Shown here: positions 13,032-27,110 of the stretch, piece after piece | How positions within the stretch are numbered: position 1 is the first letter of the stretch | How the letters are laid out: each line of letters opens with the position of its first letter | NCBI GenBank assembly: GCA_951406725.2 | Contig: OX597825.1 | Coordinates: 1,674,001 to 1,738,000, forward strand | DNA from: Octopus vulgaris | Taxonomy: Eukaryota | Reading direction: 5' to 3' | Length of the DNA: 64,000 nucleotides | Position numbers and translations under genes: made by a program | Notes under the pieces: generated by a model | Databases searched by the model: none | What the model saw: the letters and a program-made list of their open reading frames with translations, nothing else | What the model was told of the DNA's origin: nothing

Positions 13032-13522
13032 AACACACACATATAAACCAGTTGCAGGTTTATATGTGATATCGAGTGATATCAGCATGCAGGGCGCCAA
13101 GATCTAAGCATGCGTTACGTTTAAGCAACTCTCAGTTGACGTTTGTTGGTAGTAAACTATGTGAATATAGATGCACACATCGATCTATATATATATATAT
13201 GAATACACATATACAGATACATAATTATTAATTCTAATAATTATTATATACTATCAGGACTTTTTCTTCCCATGCTGCCACTAGATTTGGTCGCTATTCA
13301 AAACAACGATCTTATTCTTATTTATATACAGATACATATATACGTAGGTAGTCAATCCAATATGAACGGTAGATCCAACGCAGATATGGAACACATACAC
13401 AAAAGAACACAAGGAGGAGGGGGGGATTCATAACAAGCGTCTCGGCGCCATTTTATTGTTAAATTCTTAGATTACATCATGGCAAAAATTGGATATCATC
13501 AGGTAAGTTTTAAACATAGATA

Positions 13523-13705
13523 CAGCTGTGGCTGTGCGGTTAGACGCTTGCTTGCCAGCCACATGGTTCCGGGTTCCTTCCCTCGCCAGGCACTTTGGAC
13601 AGTCTCTTATACGATAGCCTTGGGCTTGTGAGTAAATTTGGAAGATGGAAACTGAAAGAAGCCCGTCGCATATATATGTGTGTGTTTGTGTCTGTGCTTG
13701 TTCCA
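13523..13705 (+). mobile_element. SINE family A 5' half
   Basis: GTGGCTGTGCGGTTAG...CCACATGGTTCCGGGTTC...GGAAACTGAAAGAAGCCCGTCG. Confidence 0.75.
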
Positions 13706-14127
13706 CCTTCTAACACTTGTTTAAAACTACCCTATGTTACGTGTTGCTATCTTAATTAGTTTAAAGCCCTGGCCGGTGATTAGGGATCATGCATGCTTGT
13801 ATGAAGTTAAAAGAAAAGAAGAAACGAGATAAAAAACATACCCTTGATGATCGTACACATAAGACACCACAGTAAAGTGCTTAGAAGGCGTGTTTCCATT
13901 CCTCCTACCTATATACATGTGTATATATATACGCACAGACACACACACATACACAAACACACACACACACACATGCACGCGCACATACACACACACACAC
14001 ACACAAATATATATACATGCTAACTCGGGAGCCTACTACGGATCCTTGGCTACAGCCTATGCTGTGACTTGGAACCTAACGGATGACCAATTATAGCACT
14101 TACACAACCATGAACTGACCTCCCCAT

Positions 14128-14158
<31 letters not shown>

Positions 14159-14426
14159 GTTTGTGCGCATGCGTTTTTTGAATGTATGTTCTAAGGTCAG
14201 AGGTTATCTCTCGTTTGGTGGTTTGCACCAGAAAATCAGAGTAGCGTAACCCACGGACTCTGGTCTTTAAATAAATGTTATTCCAAATTAATTAATAGTA
14301 TTCAGTACTTTTTGCTTAATTGCAACTTAACCCATGTGAAGCCTCAATCATATATTAGTTTATGTTACATGGTGAGTGTTTGTGCGTGAGTATATATATA
14401 TACATACATACATACATACATACATA

Positions 14427-14490
<64 letters not shown>

Positions 14491-14934
14491 TATATCACTC
14501 TCGCCCCTCTCACGCACACACATACACACACTTGTGCTCATTGATTTCATACTTGGGTTGTTGTAGGAGACGCATTTTGTGACATAATTCAAATATTGAC
14601 AATTCTGATCATGTTTAAAATTGCAATCTAATGAAGATTTAATCCTGCCTTTATGAAAACCCAACCAGCCAAGCCGCCGACCGACCAACCGACCGACCGA
14701 CCAACCAGCCAAGCAGACAAACAAGCAGCATTGTATGAAGTATGAAGTATATGTTAAATGTTCCTTCAGAATTACATTTCTGTTTCGAATGTGAGCTTCT
14801 ACACAAATACTTCATACTAGAATTATGCGAATTTCGCTCATATCAGAATTTCCCACTTGTTGTTTCGAAAAAGTGTGTGTGTGTGTATGTGTATGTGTGC
14901 ATGTGTGTGTGTGTGTATGTGTGTGTGTTTGTGT

Positions 14935-15361
14935 GAACTTTTTTGAGCTTTTGAAGGAGTTCAGAAAGAGATTTCGTCGCAAAAGGTCAGATTTCTTAAA
15001 CCGGGCCGGTGACAACTGCACCAGGACAACGCACCTGACCACAAGTGCATCCTGGTAACCAACTACTTCACAGATATGGGCATCAGAACTGTCCCTCATC
15101 CTCTTTTCAGACCAGACCTTGCTCCCCTGTGTTATTTGCCGTTCCCGAAGCTGAAGAACATTAGGGACAATGGTCTTGAAGAGATGGAGAAGATGAAAAA
15201 GGCTCTGACGGGGACATCTTCATTTCAGAGGACTTCCCAGGGGCCTTCGGGAAGTGGCTGCAACGCTACAGGTGCAATGAAGTCAAGTCAGTGTACTTAT
15301 TTGAAATTAATAAAAAATCTCTCCTGAAAAAAGTCCCAAAACATTTGAAATTCACTTTGTA
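14935..15361 (+). mobile_element. Mariner (Tc1/mariner, DD34D-type) transposase 3' fragment with probable right TIR, pseudogenised
   Basis: LHQDNAPDHKCILVTNYFTDMGIRTVPHPLFRPDLAPLCYLPFPKLK matches mariner LHQDNAPxH...HPPYSPDLAPxDF-LFPKLK. It is followed by FPGAFGKWLQRY-C and a TIR-like end terminating in TGTA. Confidence 0.85.
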
Positions 15362-16530
15362 GCTGTGACTTGCGATTGTCCTCCTGGCTCAGGAAGCTGT
15401 AATTTCAAATTCCATCGGTTAAGATTGTCTGCCATCCTTCTGAGAGTCGTTATAATAGTTTCAGGCAATTACTTGAATTAATCTGAACGATTCTTCAGTT
15501 CTTCTAAATTTCTGACCTTGCACCTTTCTCAAAATTTGTTACGTCAACTATATTACGTCTTCGATTTCATTCCATAGCGAAATGTGGTTAAAGTCTAACT
15601 TGCATGTATATCGTGGCAGATAGAATAATATGTTAGACAGATGCTTCAACAGTCCATGATTGTATAAACTATTTTGATATTAGCTAATTATAGTTATTTG
15701 GCGTTTTCTAGGGTTTTAGATATATTAAATAAACGTACACAAGAGATGTGGCGTGTCCCTAATCAAGTAACTGGTTTATTCCATCTTCGTCTGTGTATAC
15801 ATATCAGCGATTTTACACGGGTATGCACACATAGTTATACATACACACCACACTCAGACACCTATGTATGTGTACAAATAACCGATGATGAACAGGAGGG
15901 TATCTTACAACATTACATATTTATACACACCCATCCACACACACACACATATAGGTAGATATGCATATATATGTGTATATATATATATGTATATAAACAC
16001 ACACACACACATATATATATATATATTATACACACACAAACATATACACGCTCATATATATTTTTACATACATATACAGGCACATACACATCTATGTAGA
16101 GCGGAGATATATCTCTCGAAATTAAAGGTGTTAACACCTGTTTAAAGGTAAACTACAGTGTGTGTTATGTCTGCCATTTGATGGTAATATTTTAGAAGTC
16201 ATTATAAAGCATCAGTGACCCTAATTGTAAAGATAAGCTACTTCAATATGTTTGTTAAACATACAGTGTCATGTCGATAGTATGAAAATCTCATGCAAAT
16301 TTATGCATCGCATAGAAAATTTTGAATTTGCAACACGAAGAGTTATAATTTGACTATAATGATATACATTAAGTATACATTAATGAATACCAAAACAGGA
16401 AACAACATGATTGAAGAAAACATCAAACAGAAATATCGAAGAATATTTCCAACTACGATTTAAGTCGCACGGTATTCAAATATTCGTTTTATCTTGTGCT
16501 CGAAGCAAACTTTATTTATTGCATTTTAAA

Positions 16531-16540
16531 ATTGTTGTTG

Positions 16541-16587
<47 letters not shown>

Positions 16588-16636
16588 CTCATCATCATCC
16601 CCTCCTCCCCTCCCCCTCCTCCTCAGCATCATCATT
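16531..16636. repeat. Compound trinucleotide array (GTT)n(ATT)n(CAT)n(CCT)n
   Basis: Direct reading. Confidence 0.9.
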
Positions 16637-17194
16637 GTTATTTTTAATATTCCTAGTTTGAGAAAAAAACACGAAGAGTATCGCTTTTTTGTCATGTGAT
16701 TTTAGGTACATGTAGAACACGAGTATAAGCGTTGAAGTTTAACAAAATTATTCAAAGGGAAATATGCCACAAGTATCCAGAGTTAGCAAGAATATGTCAG
16801 GTGAAAGAAAGCGTTCGGAGTTTAGAAATAGACTTACAATTAACCGGGGGGGGGGGGGAATCGTTCAAGCTTAACACGTGTTCTGTAAGATTATCCTAAT
16901 ACCGCTTACTTATTCTGGTATTACTAGTTTTTTAGAACCTGCATGTCTATCCTTAGAGGTAATTTGTCAATGACTAGTTAAACACATTCCTTGACTGCTT
17001 AGCTTGTCAATTTAGTAGTGCACAACGGAACAGTCATGTGGTATTCATATGTCCATAATTAGCAATTTTGTGTGAGTTTAGTTATGGATAAGCATATTAG
17101 ATTTATGTATTATCCAGTGATCTGCCTGTATAGCATTCAGCTATATATTTTTCTAAATTAGAAGGAAACTATTGCCCTCTGCATTCTCTCTCCA

Positions 17195-17310
17195 TCATCT
17201 TCCCTCTTCTTCTTCTTCTTCTTCTTCTTCTTCTTCTTCTTCTTCTTCTTCTTCTTCTTCTTCTTCTCCTCCTCCTCCTCCTCCTCCTCCTCCTCCTCCT
17301 TCTCCTCCTT
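17195..17310. repeat. (CTT)n(CCT)n polypyrimidine tract
   Basis: Direct reading. Confidence 0.95.
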
Positions 17311-18358
17311 TTTTAGAGCATCGTACAAAATACCGTACGGCATATGTTCCAACCTTTTAGTTTCTGAGTTCAAATCCCGACTTTTCTTTCATCGTCTACG
17401 TCGTGGTCGACAAGGTAAATACGAGCCAACTTGCAAGAGTTTTATACATTCGACGGAAGCCACTGAAAGAATTAAAGAATATCCAGAATTCATTACTGAT
17501 AACATTTTGACATTTATAAATGAGGGGGTATTAAAATTATTGGTCTGGCAAAAGATTTCGGATAAATTGGATTTATCCACTATATATCCTCCGGAGTCCA
17601 ATAAAAGATTGCCCTGTAAGACAAATGTAAAACATAGCTTACAAAATTTAATTGGAATGTTATATGAAATCATTTTTGCTTCAGTAATTTCGTTCTCTCT
17701 TTTTTGTTTCTATTTTCTTTGTATTTATTTTGTTTCTTTTTCTTTGTTTTAAGTGATGCGGTTGAAGACATTGGGAGACAATTTTTTCTTCATTATTTTC
17801 TCTCTTTCGTCTTTCTTTCTGTTTTTGAAAAACATACTTTATATGCAAAATGTAATTTGTACGAATGATAGTTAATGGAGTGTCAAACTTCTGTCGATGT
17901 CCGTATCCAGTCGCCATCATTGCGCAGTAGTGCATTATCATCATAGGATCATTAAAGTTGTAAGTTGGTGCGACAGGACCATATGATTGACAGCATCTAT
18001 CAATACTAATAATACTCATTATTGGTTGCTTAGTCACGCTAGCTTATATGGAATTATACTTGCTTCCTCTCTCACTGCCTACTACAGTTGATATACCTCT
18101 TATATAACTGCAACAAATAGTGCGCCAACTCCACCTTCACTTCTAATGGTCACTACTTCTTTCTCTCCTCTTACCCTCCTCTTGTTTCTTCTACTACGAG
18201 TACCACTCTCGATATAAATGTTTTCATTTGGCGGAAGGATTTTGAAAAGGGAGACACCGTCACTTAGGATTTGTGTCTCCACAACCAAAAGGACTAACAA
18301 CATGTGGATGTATGTATGTGTGTGTGTGTGTGTCTGTTTGTGTGTGTGTGTGTATACA

Positions 18359-18440
18359 GTGGTCGTGGCCGAGTGGTTTAGAAGATGAACTAGAAATCCA
18401 TTGGTCTCTCCCCACATTGGCTCGAATCCTATCAGCGACG
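18359..18440 (+). pseudogene. tRNA-Ser(AGA) pseudogene
   Basis: 82 nt GTGGTCGTGGCCGAGTGGTTTAGAAGATGAACTAGAAATCCATTGGTCTCTCCCCACATTGGCTCGAATCCTATCAGCGACG is collinear with metazoan tRNA-Ser(AGA): A box TGGCCGAGTGG, anticodon loop CTAGAAA, long variable arm, discriminator G. All four stems carry mismatches. Confidence 0.85.
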
Positions 18441-18451
18441 TTTGACATTTT

Positions 18452-18820
18452 AGGCGCAGGAGTGGTTGTGTGGTAAGAAGCTTACTTCTCAACAACATGG
18501 TTCCGGGTTCAGTCCCACCGGGTAGTACCTTGGGCAAGTGTCTTCTACTATGGCATCGGACCGACCAAAGCCTTGTGAGTGAATTTGGCAGACGGAAACT
18601 GAAAGAAACCCGTCGTATATATATATATTTGTATGTGCCTGTGTTTGTACACCGCCATCACTTGAGAACCGATGTTGGTATGTTTACGTCTCCGTAACTT
18701 AGCGGTTCGGCAAAAGAGACCGATAGAATAAGTGCTAAGTTTACAAAGAATAAGTTCTGGAGTCGATTTGTTCGACTAAAGGCGGTGCTCCAATCAAAGG
18801 ATTGAAAGAAGTAAAAGAAT

Positions 18821-18822
<2 letters not shown>
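18452..18822 (+). mobile_element. SINE family A (tRNA head, CORE-like segment, internal microsatellite), near full length
   Basis: Pol III box-like TGTGTGGTAAG and GGTTCAGTCCC, CORE-like ACCTTGGGCAAGTG, internal (TA)/(TG), and a 3' module ending GTAAAAGAAT. Resembles the Octopus OR-type SINEs. Confidence 0.85.
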
Positions 18823-18882
<60 letters not shown>

Positions 18883-19035
18883 ATATCTATATATATATAT
18901 ATATTATATAAGTTAAATAATAAGGGTAGAAATTGATATTAATCACTTAAAACCAGTGGCTTAGCATATTTAAAAAATCCGAAGATTAAAAATATGTGAC
19001 ATATGTAACATAATTTTGTATATATATATATATAT

Positions 19036-19407
19036 AGGCGCAGGAGTGGCTGTGTGGTAAGTAGCTTGCTAACCAACCACACGGTTGCGGGTTCAGTCCC
19101 ACTGCGTGGCATCTTGGGCAAGTGTCTTCTGCTATAGCCTCGGGCCGACCAATGCCTTGTGAGTGGATTTGGTAGACGGAAACTGAAAGAAGCCTGTCGT
19201 ATATATGTATATATATATGTATGCGTGTGTTTGTGTGTCTGTGTTTGTCCCCCTAGCATTGCTTGACAACCGATGCTGGTGTATTTAGGTCCCCGTCACT
19301 TAGCGGTTCGGCAAAAAGAGACCGATAGAATAAGTACTAAAAGGTGGTGCTCCAGCATGGCCGCAGTCAAGTGACTGAAACAAGTGAAAGAGAGAAAGAG
19401 TAAAGAG

Positions 19408-19408
<1 letters not shown>
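19036..19408 (+). mobile_element. SINE family A, near full length with about 40 nt internal deletion
   Basis: Highly similar to the 18452 copy but lacks the GCTTACAAAGAATAAG...GATTTG segment seen at 18735-18775 and 61577-61612. Confidence 0.85.
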
Positions 19409-19459
<51 letters not shown>

Positions 19460-20467
19460 ATAATATAATATAAATATATTATATAAATACACACACAGAC
19501 ACACACACTATATATATATATATATATATGGAAGGAAAGATTATATGGGCGTGAATGCAGAGTTTGCATATTTATGGAGAGCGAGAAACACATGCATAAA
19601 TACAAGTATAACTTCGTGTATGTGTGTGAGGAGAGAGTGAGTGAGGGAAAGAGAGAGAGAGAGAGAGGGTGTATTCAATATCACTGACGATGACCATGAA
19701 TTCTAACGCTACTCATTATTGGTTATTTGGTTACACTAGTAACGATCTACTATCCAACATGGAATCCATCAATCTCTTACTTCTACAAACATACGCATAT
19801 TGCGAACGTAGAAATATGATTTTTTAAAATTTACTAACTTCTTAATTCTTATGATTATTTGTATTTGAGAAATTTGAATTAATTTCATTATTTTGTATAA
19901 ACTTTTTGTAATATGAAAAAAAAGGTAGACTTATTACCTCTGTCAATATCTAATTTTATTCAAATTGACAAAAGTATGTACAAGAATAGCAATCGTATGA
20001 CATATGACGCAGTCGTTATTATTAAATGAACTACCGTTTTACAAGTTTCAGTATTTCGGGATATATTACAAATGAAAATACACTGGAAGCAACTTACACC
20101 AAACTCCCGCATCTCTTTAGTCCGTCTTATTATTGAGTTCGAGATGTGATATTAATTGCAGTTATCGTGACCCCACGATAACATCAAATAAACTGCAGTC
20201 CGTGATAGTTCTTCATTGGTCAAAATCCATGTTACCGAAATACTTTTGTTTCAGCGACGATGTAAATTGAAGATGTTAATCAAACTCTATGTCTAAAACT
20301 TCAAAAACAACTTGTATTGATATTTTTATGTTATTAATATTTAAACGGAAAATATAATGATACTTCTGAATTTCAACTCCCACTCGTAGCTGTGTGTGGT
20401 TAAAAATCATTTACTTCAGGAAAAAAAATGCTTTCCTAAAGAAATCTCAATATTTGTACTGTATATA

Positions 20468-20698
20468 GGCGGCGAGCTGGCAGAAACGTTATCACACCGG
20501 GCGAAATACTTAGCGGTATTTCGTCTGCCGTTACGTTCTGAGTTCAAATTCCGCCGAGGTCGACTTTGCCTTTCATCCTTTCGGTGTCGATAAATTAAGT
20601 ACCAGTTATGCCCTGGGGTCGATGTAATCGACTTAATCCCTTTGTCTGTCCTTGTTTGTCCCTTCTACGTTTAGCCCTTTGTGGGCAATAAAGAAATA
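20468..20698 (+). mobile_element. SINE family B, full length
   Basis: GGCGGCGAGCTGGCAGAA head, B-box-like GAGTTCAAATTCC, GCCTTTCATCCTTTCGGTGTCGATAAATTAAGTACCAG central domain (Meta/MESC-like as I recall it), AAAGAAATA tail. Nearly identical to 41952. Confidence 0.9.
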
Positions 20699-22111
20699 AT
20701 ATACAATATCTTGTCACAACTACGTTATAAATGTAGCATACCAGTAACTGAATCATAGGAATCTTGTAGCCGACGGCGCTACCAATTGTGATATAAAATA
20801 TATATTAATAAACAATATGTCATGATATTGTGTTAATTCAAAATGAAACGAAATCTTTCGTTTGCACAATGATTGCTTTACCTTTTAACTGGGAATCGAA
20901 TGTAAATTCTTGACTCGGCCTGTTTCTGTAAATTTCAAGTAAATTGCTTGCTTCTACTTTACAACGCTCTCAAAGTTAAGTGTTTGAGAATGCAACTAGT
21001 GCTATTTCACCGCTATGATTACTCGCTGTATGGCATTAAAACATAAGCTAGGCAAAAACTGTGATCACTCAGCCTGAAATGTTGATAGACGAGAGTAAGT
21101 TATATGTTGTTCATTCATTTCTAACTGTCGATGCATCTGAAATAAATTGTTTGCATCAGCAATCACAAGAAAGTTATTATGACAATTTGCTTTTAATAGG
21201 CTGTGCCAATGACTTTTTCTCAAGAATCAGTAGTAAAGATGAAATCTTCATAATAATGAAAACTCAGACGTAAGCTCTAATAAGTGTCTAAACTATAAAG
21301 ATGTATCTAAATTTGTTTCCTCGTCAGCTCTGTCTTTTTCTATGATGGTTGAATCAATTACATGACGATTCACAGCCAAAGATATTTACCTTGGCTTAAT
21401 CATTCAAACTGGCTTTTATCTGGCGCGTGTAGGATACAATTATTCTCCTAGATTCAGCTATAGAATAAAGTAATTTCTGTACTACAAGTTGGGGTAATGC
21501 TAAAAGTGTTTCCAAAATAGGGAATACCCACCGAGAAGTTTAGAGTTCAAGTTGTCGGATATAAACACAAAGACGCACCCCAGTGATGGAATGCATTTTC
21601 CTGACACCACTTCGTAATCGGTATATTAGCAACTTAGTTACATGCGATATGCTACGAAAACCTGTACATCTTAAATAACTGAACGAATATAAATTTGAAT
21701 ATATTTACCGATAATTATACGATATTTGTTATTTTAAAGCGAAAGATATGATATAACTTCAATCAATTTTCAGATTATATTGCAAATATGTGTATAAAGA
21801 GAGAGTGAGAGATTGAGAAAGGGAGAGGAAGAGAGGGAGGGAGAGACAGAGAGAGATAGAACTGGAATCACTATATCTTTATATTTGTGTATTATAAATT
21901 CAAATGAAAAATAATTCGAGACAAAGCAACGAATATAATGACAAGTATGAGATAAAGAATTACTCTATTTGAATTAAAATATCATACATTCTTATACACG
22001 AGTACAAAAGATTAGATTACATTATAAATGGGAATTTTGATTATGCTATTAAAATGAAGGCTTTGCAAAATTACTTTAACTTATCAGGGCTGTACCCAAT
22101 GTGCCCGAGAT

Positions 22112-22300
22112 GTTAGATATAATAATCATAATACTTTCCCCAAATCACTCTACTACCTGAAAAGAAAGAGATTAAGGATGCATTGTATAATGTAGTCCTA
22201 CATATACTTAATCGAGAGAAATAGGCATAACTTTGATCATAGGTCTACTAGAGCACAGCTGATGATCAGTTGCTAACAACAATAACAACAATAAGAACAA
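22112..22300 (+). mobile_element. Family C copy with (AAC)n tail
   Basis: CAAATCAC...ATAATGTAGTCCTA...CTTTGATCATAGGTCT...CTAACAACAATAACAACAA. Confidence 0.65.
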
Positions 22301-23709
22301 TTTAGAAATCAATAGAAGCTAACAAATTACTCCTGGTATTCCTCTGATGAACAACACAGTGATAACATAAAACAGTGCCACTTGCCAATAAGATTTTAGG
22401 TGAAAATTCTAACAATGACTTCAATCGTATTTCGCATGAGAATTGTCTGCTAAAAGTGCCAACAATTTCTGCTTGATGCAACCCTCCGGATTAGAAACTT
22501 CCTGTCATCTCTGGTATATTTTTATTTTTTGACTAAAACAAAAGACTGTTAATGAAGACCGCTAACCTCGTTGGTTCGTGTTCTATAAATAGGCAATTGT
22601 TAAGAGTAGTTGATGTAATTTGCAAATCATCGTTGATTTAGCGAAGCTGAGACCAAAAATCTTCCAACCGTTAACGTCCAGCATTTATTCTTGATACAGT
22701 GTATCTAGAAACGCATATCCAATTGATACTTCCTTTTCGAGACAGAAGTGCGTAATGTTTTAGAGATTTGTCAGCTATTTTCAGCAGATCGAATAGTCTT
22801 GCAGAGGCTCTCTTGCACATTAGTTCCGCCTATAGAATATTTGCAGAATATTTCTTTGAAGTTCTGGTGTCTTTCTCTCCTATGCTATAGACAAACGATA
22901 AAATCAATAATATATATTGATTTCATTTCACTAATCATAACACCTTCTACATTAAGGTTAGAGATAATACTCAATCAATTTGACACAGTTTATCGAACTC
23001 GGATAGACGAAAAGAGATTTAAAATCCGGCAGTTTTTGAAGACAACTCTGTGAGGTAAGACCATAAAACGCCGATCCATGCAAATGTGATATCTACAAAT
23101 CTGTTTCACTCAGACTCTGTGCAGAAAATTCGCCGGAGGCAGAAATAAGATTGTGTGACATTCATGCGACTCGCAGACCTAAAAATTCGGTCAACGCATT
23201 AGAATGACTTCTTCTCTTTCCTTCACTGCTTTAGAGTTCCTGCAAAAGTCACTGACATTGCCTTGATCTTTGTGACTACATCTTCACCAAGACATTTGCT
23301 ACTTAAACCATGTAAAAATGTCTACAACAATAATTTACAATGATCCACAGACACAGATAGTCGTAAATCCTACTCAATACTATCTGTTTATGAACACAAC
23401 ATAGCCGGATGGTTAAGAAGTTTGTTTCGAATTCACGATGCGCAGGTTTCAATCTGCATTTGAACAATTGTCAGTTACCAGTGCCTCGAATCGACCCAAG
23501 TCTTGCGAATGAAATTGTGGCGGCGGAAACTAGTTGAAAGTTAGCCGGTTAAATTGTATTTGCAATGTAGAGGTCCAGCACTGTCACATGCCATGCCATG
23601 CTGTTTCTGCTTAAAGGTTATTTTAAGGGTATTGTGAGTACACGTCTGTGTTTACGAACTCGACGCGTATATTTACACACACACACACGCACGCACAAAT
23701 ACACCCACA

Positions 23710-23740
<31 letters not shown>

Positions 23741-23741
<1 letters not shown>

Positions 23742-23835
23742 CCTCCCTGCTTCCATTTCCTGAGCGCCTATTAATAATAATACTGTAATTGTTCCATTGT
23801 TGTTGTTTTTTTGTTCCCGTTTGGATTAAAATTAT
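23741..23835 (+). mobile_element. Truncated relative of the 11359/59432 element inside a (TA)n tract, opposite orientation
   Basis: Reverse complement reads AACAACAAC...GTATTATT...GCGCTCAGGAAA, like AACAACAAG...GACGCTCAGGAAA at 11402-11439. It stops before the HHR. (TA)n on both sides. Confidence 0.4.
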
Positions 23836-24193
23836 ATATATATATATATATATATAATAAACGGACTTGTACATTTTCCGTCAACATAATTCCACTCAGA
23901 AGCTATTGATGCACAAACCAGTGCTATGGCAGAAACGTTGATCTAACCTGAAAACCCCGGGTTTTCGAAACAAAACCCTAAACCTCATGACTAGTCCATA
24001 CTTTACATGCATTAATTAAAAGAATACGCTTAGCTTCATGTTTTATTTTTTGATATTTATTCCTCAAAATATTTACTGAACATTATACTATCTTATTTCG
24101 CGATAGTCTTCATGTTGTTGCTATTTAGTAACATGCCAACTCTTATTCAGCAGATCTAAGATGAAAGATATTCCAGGTGTAACTACCGTATGT

Positions 24194-24346
<153 letters not shown>

Positions 24347-26929
24347 TTCAGATATAGTATCTCTAGAATTACAATGTACAATACATGTATTCTTCTTGCT
24401 TATGATGGTAGATTGCGATTTGAAGGCGATTTGGCTGCTATTTCTAACATATCTGAGGATCACGTTGGTATTCTTATCATTTCTTTCTTATATACACTGT
24501 ATGTTATCATATCACATTAATGCAACCAACTTTCTGTTCAATAATAGTCGCAGTCATTGAGGTCTTTAGCCGAACTCCATTAAACTAATGCTGTCAACAG
24601 TTACTACTCGAATCATTAACTGTCATTAGGTCGGACAATATCATTTAATTATTCTTTTAATCCAAATTTACTTTATCACTTAATTCTTCCACGTGATTCC
24701 TTTATTTTGACATCTTCAAAACTTACATTTCACTTACGATAATTTTAAGCAGTTCTTTTTCTATTTAGCTTTCATTATGCAAACAAGTTTGACTCAATGC
24801 TTTAATCATTACTCGCCACAAATCAACGTCTAACCATTTGTAATTGCGTGCAGTGAAGTTGTATCTCGAGTATCAAATTGATTTCCTGTAGATTCTGTTT
24901 TAAAGTCGTATAAATGAATAATCTCAACTCTTAAAGTGGATCTATCAAAGTTACCCTACCAATCGATAATGTTTACTATTAGATGCACCAAATAACATTT
25001 TCTATGGAATTCAAGTAGAAAATAAAGTACATTTTGTAAGTATTTTAATCTGTAGAAGATAACAAATAATAGTTTAAAAGTAATGTCTTTCCAAAAGGTT
25101 ATTTCGTCGGAGATAGACGTTATAAAGTCAATACGAACAAATGCTATTAGCTCGCATCGGCTCAACGAACTTTATCCCGATCTTTTTGATCAGTTTTCAT
25201 ACGTTTTGTTTTCAAAATCAGATCAATCATCATACTCTGTGGGTATTCTTCTGAGTTTATTGATATTATTGATTTGGTTTCAAACCGAGCGTTCTTAGTT
25301 TTTAAATATATGTTTACTGCAAGTTAAACCGTGCATGAGAAAGTATCTTTCAACCAGAAGGTTTTTTTTTCCCAGCATTACAACCCTCCTTAACTAACAC
25401 TTAGAATGTTTAGTGTCTGAAATAAACTGGTGAGAAACTAACTCTTCCCAGTCTGAAATACTAGGTTTATTCAATGATATGAGTAAAGGACAGTGCAAAC
25501 AAAATAAAATTTTAAAAAAATGAAATTATAAAATAAAAAAGAGAGAAATCCCATGACATTATTTAAAGTTCCTCATAAATTAGAATGCTCACCAACTGCA
25601 ACAGTCATTTTAATTGCGAAATTAGACATTACGGAGACAGTTCCTAAAATCCTCTGGATGAAGCTGGCATCAAATTTCCATATTATTGCGATAATCATTG
25701 TGAATTATTTGAAAATTCTTTCTGTTTGTTAAGATGGTATTAATTTCTAAGGAGATTACTGAATGTCTAGTTTCTTAGTTTCCAATCGATTTCGTAGTTC
25801 TTAATCCACAAGTCAATTTCCATGTTGAAACCATTCATGTGAGGACAAATTATAACTAGAATCAAGGCACTTAACAATGTAAGCTAAATTTGCGTGCATT
25901 TGTCAACTGGAGAGTATTTTCATGTTTCAATGAGAAATATATTCTGATTATGAAGTTAGACATATCAACATGAATAACACACAAGTAAACCATTCATTCA
26001 GTAATAATTTCATTTTTAGGCCAAATCGACAGGTAAAGCTAAACATCCTGGTTTATATGGCATGAAATAAATGTATACATGTCTTTCGAAGTACGACTGT
26101 AGCTTTTTTTTTTTGTCTTGGGTTCTGAATAAAACCTTAATTAAAGATCTTTAGTAATTAAAGTTTATCCCTTCGCAGTTCGGCGGTTTCGTGTTCGATT
26201 TCACTGTTTACCCTGGGAAAGTGTCTTCTGCCATAACGTCGGACAAACTAAAGAATCTTGAGCGAAATTTGGTGAACGAAAATGGTGTAGATGCCTGTCG
26301 AAAAGAAGTGTCCTTGCTTTTGATAGGTATACTTAGGCCAACTCCTGGCTTATTAATACCATGGTTACTTCTAACATTTCCGTTGGAATCTACTCCGTTG
26401 GAAGCATCTAGGCCAGCTTTCCAGCTAGAGGTTAGCGTCTAACACTTTCTGTCACCAGTTTCGGCTCTCACAAAAAGCACTACGGTTGTTGCTCCTCCAC
26501 CTCTAACATAACAAAAATCAGGTACCGCTTCATTTGGGTGCCAAAATAATTCTTCCATTTTATTCAGTATCAATCTAATAATATTTGAACAAGGAAATTT
26601 TAGTCATAGCTCATATTTTATTATTAGTTACTATTAATTCCGAAATTCGACTGCTAATAACAGTATCATACTGACACCAAATGTAATAGTTTTATACAGG
26701 CTTTGATATTCTGAGTAAGAATACATTAATCGACCAACCGGTCTATCCAAATGAAGCTGAACCAGATCATTTAACAACAACAACAACAACAACTACTATT
26801 GTCTTCACAGTCCAGAGGTTACAGGTTAGTTTTCTGTAATACACAATCAATATAACGATTGACAAAACATCTGAGCATGTATTAGAGGGAAAACCTAATC
26901 AGCAGTCGGCTTTCATGTGGAGAGAAGAT

Positions 26930-27110
26930 TAGTTGTCGCTGCTGTTTTACGCCAGGTCAACCCTGATCAAGAAGATATATGATCAAAGCCTTCCTGGCAG
27001 TCACCATACTCACTTTGTTTCAGACATCTTATATTTAATACTGCATTTATATAGCTTTAAGATAGTGGCTTGTTAATTCAAAGGGATTGACTGATAGTTC
27101 AAGCTGCATA
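26930..27110 (-). mobile_element. Family C copy
   Basis: GTTGTCGCTGCTGTTTTACGCCAGGTCAACCCTGATC...ATGATCAAAG is the reverse complement of the family C 3' end. Confidence 0.6.

Noticed and set aside
18905-19020. Unique insert between TA tracts, faintly like the 58255-58330 segment (ACCAGTGG)
   Set aside because: No HHR, and the similarity is too short to assign.
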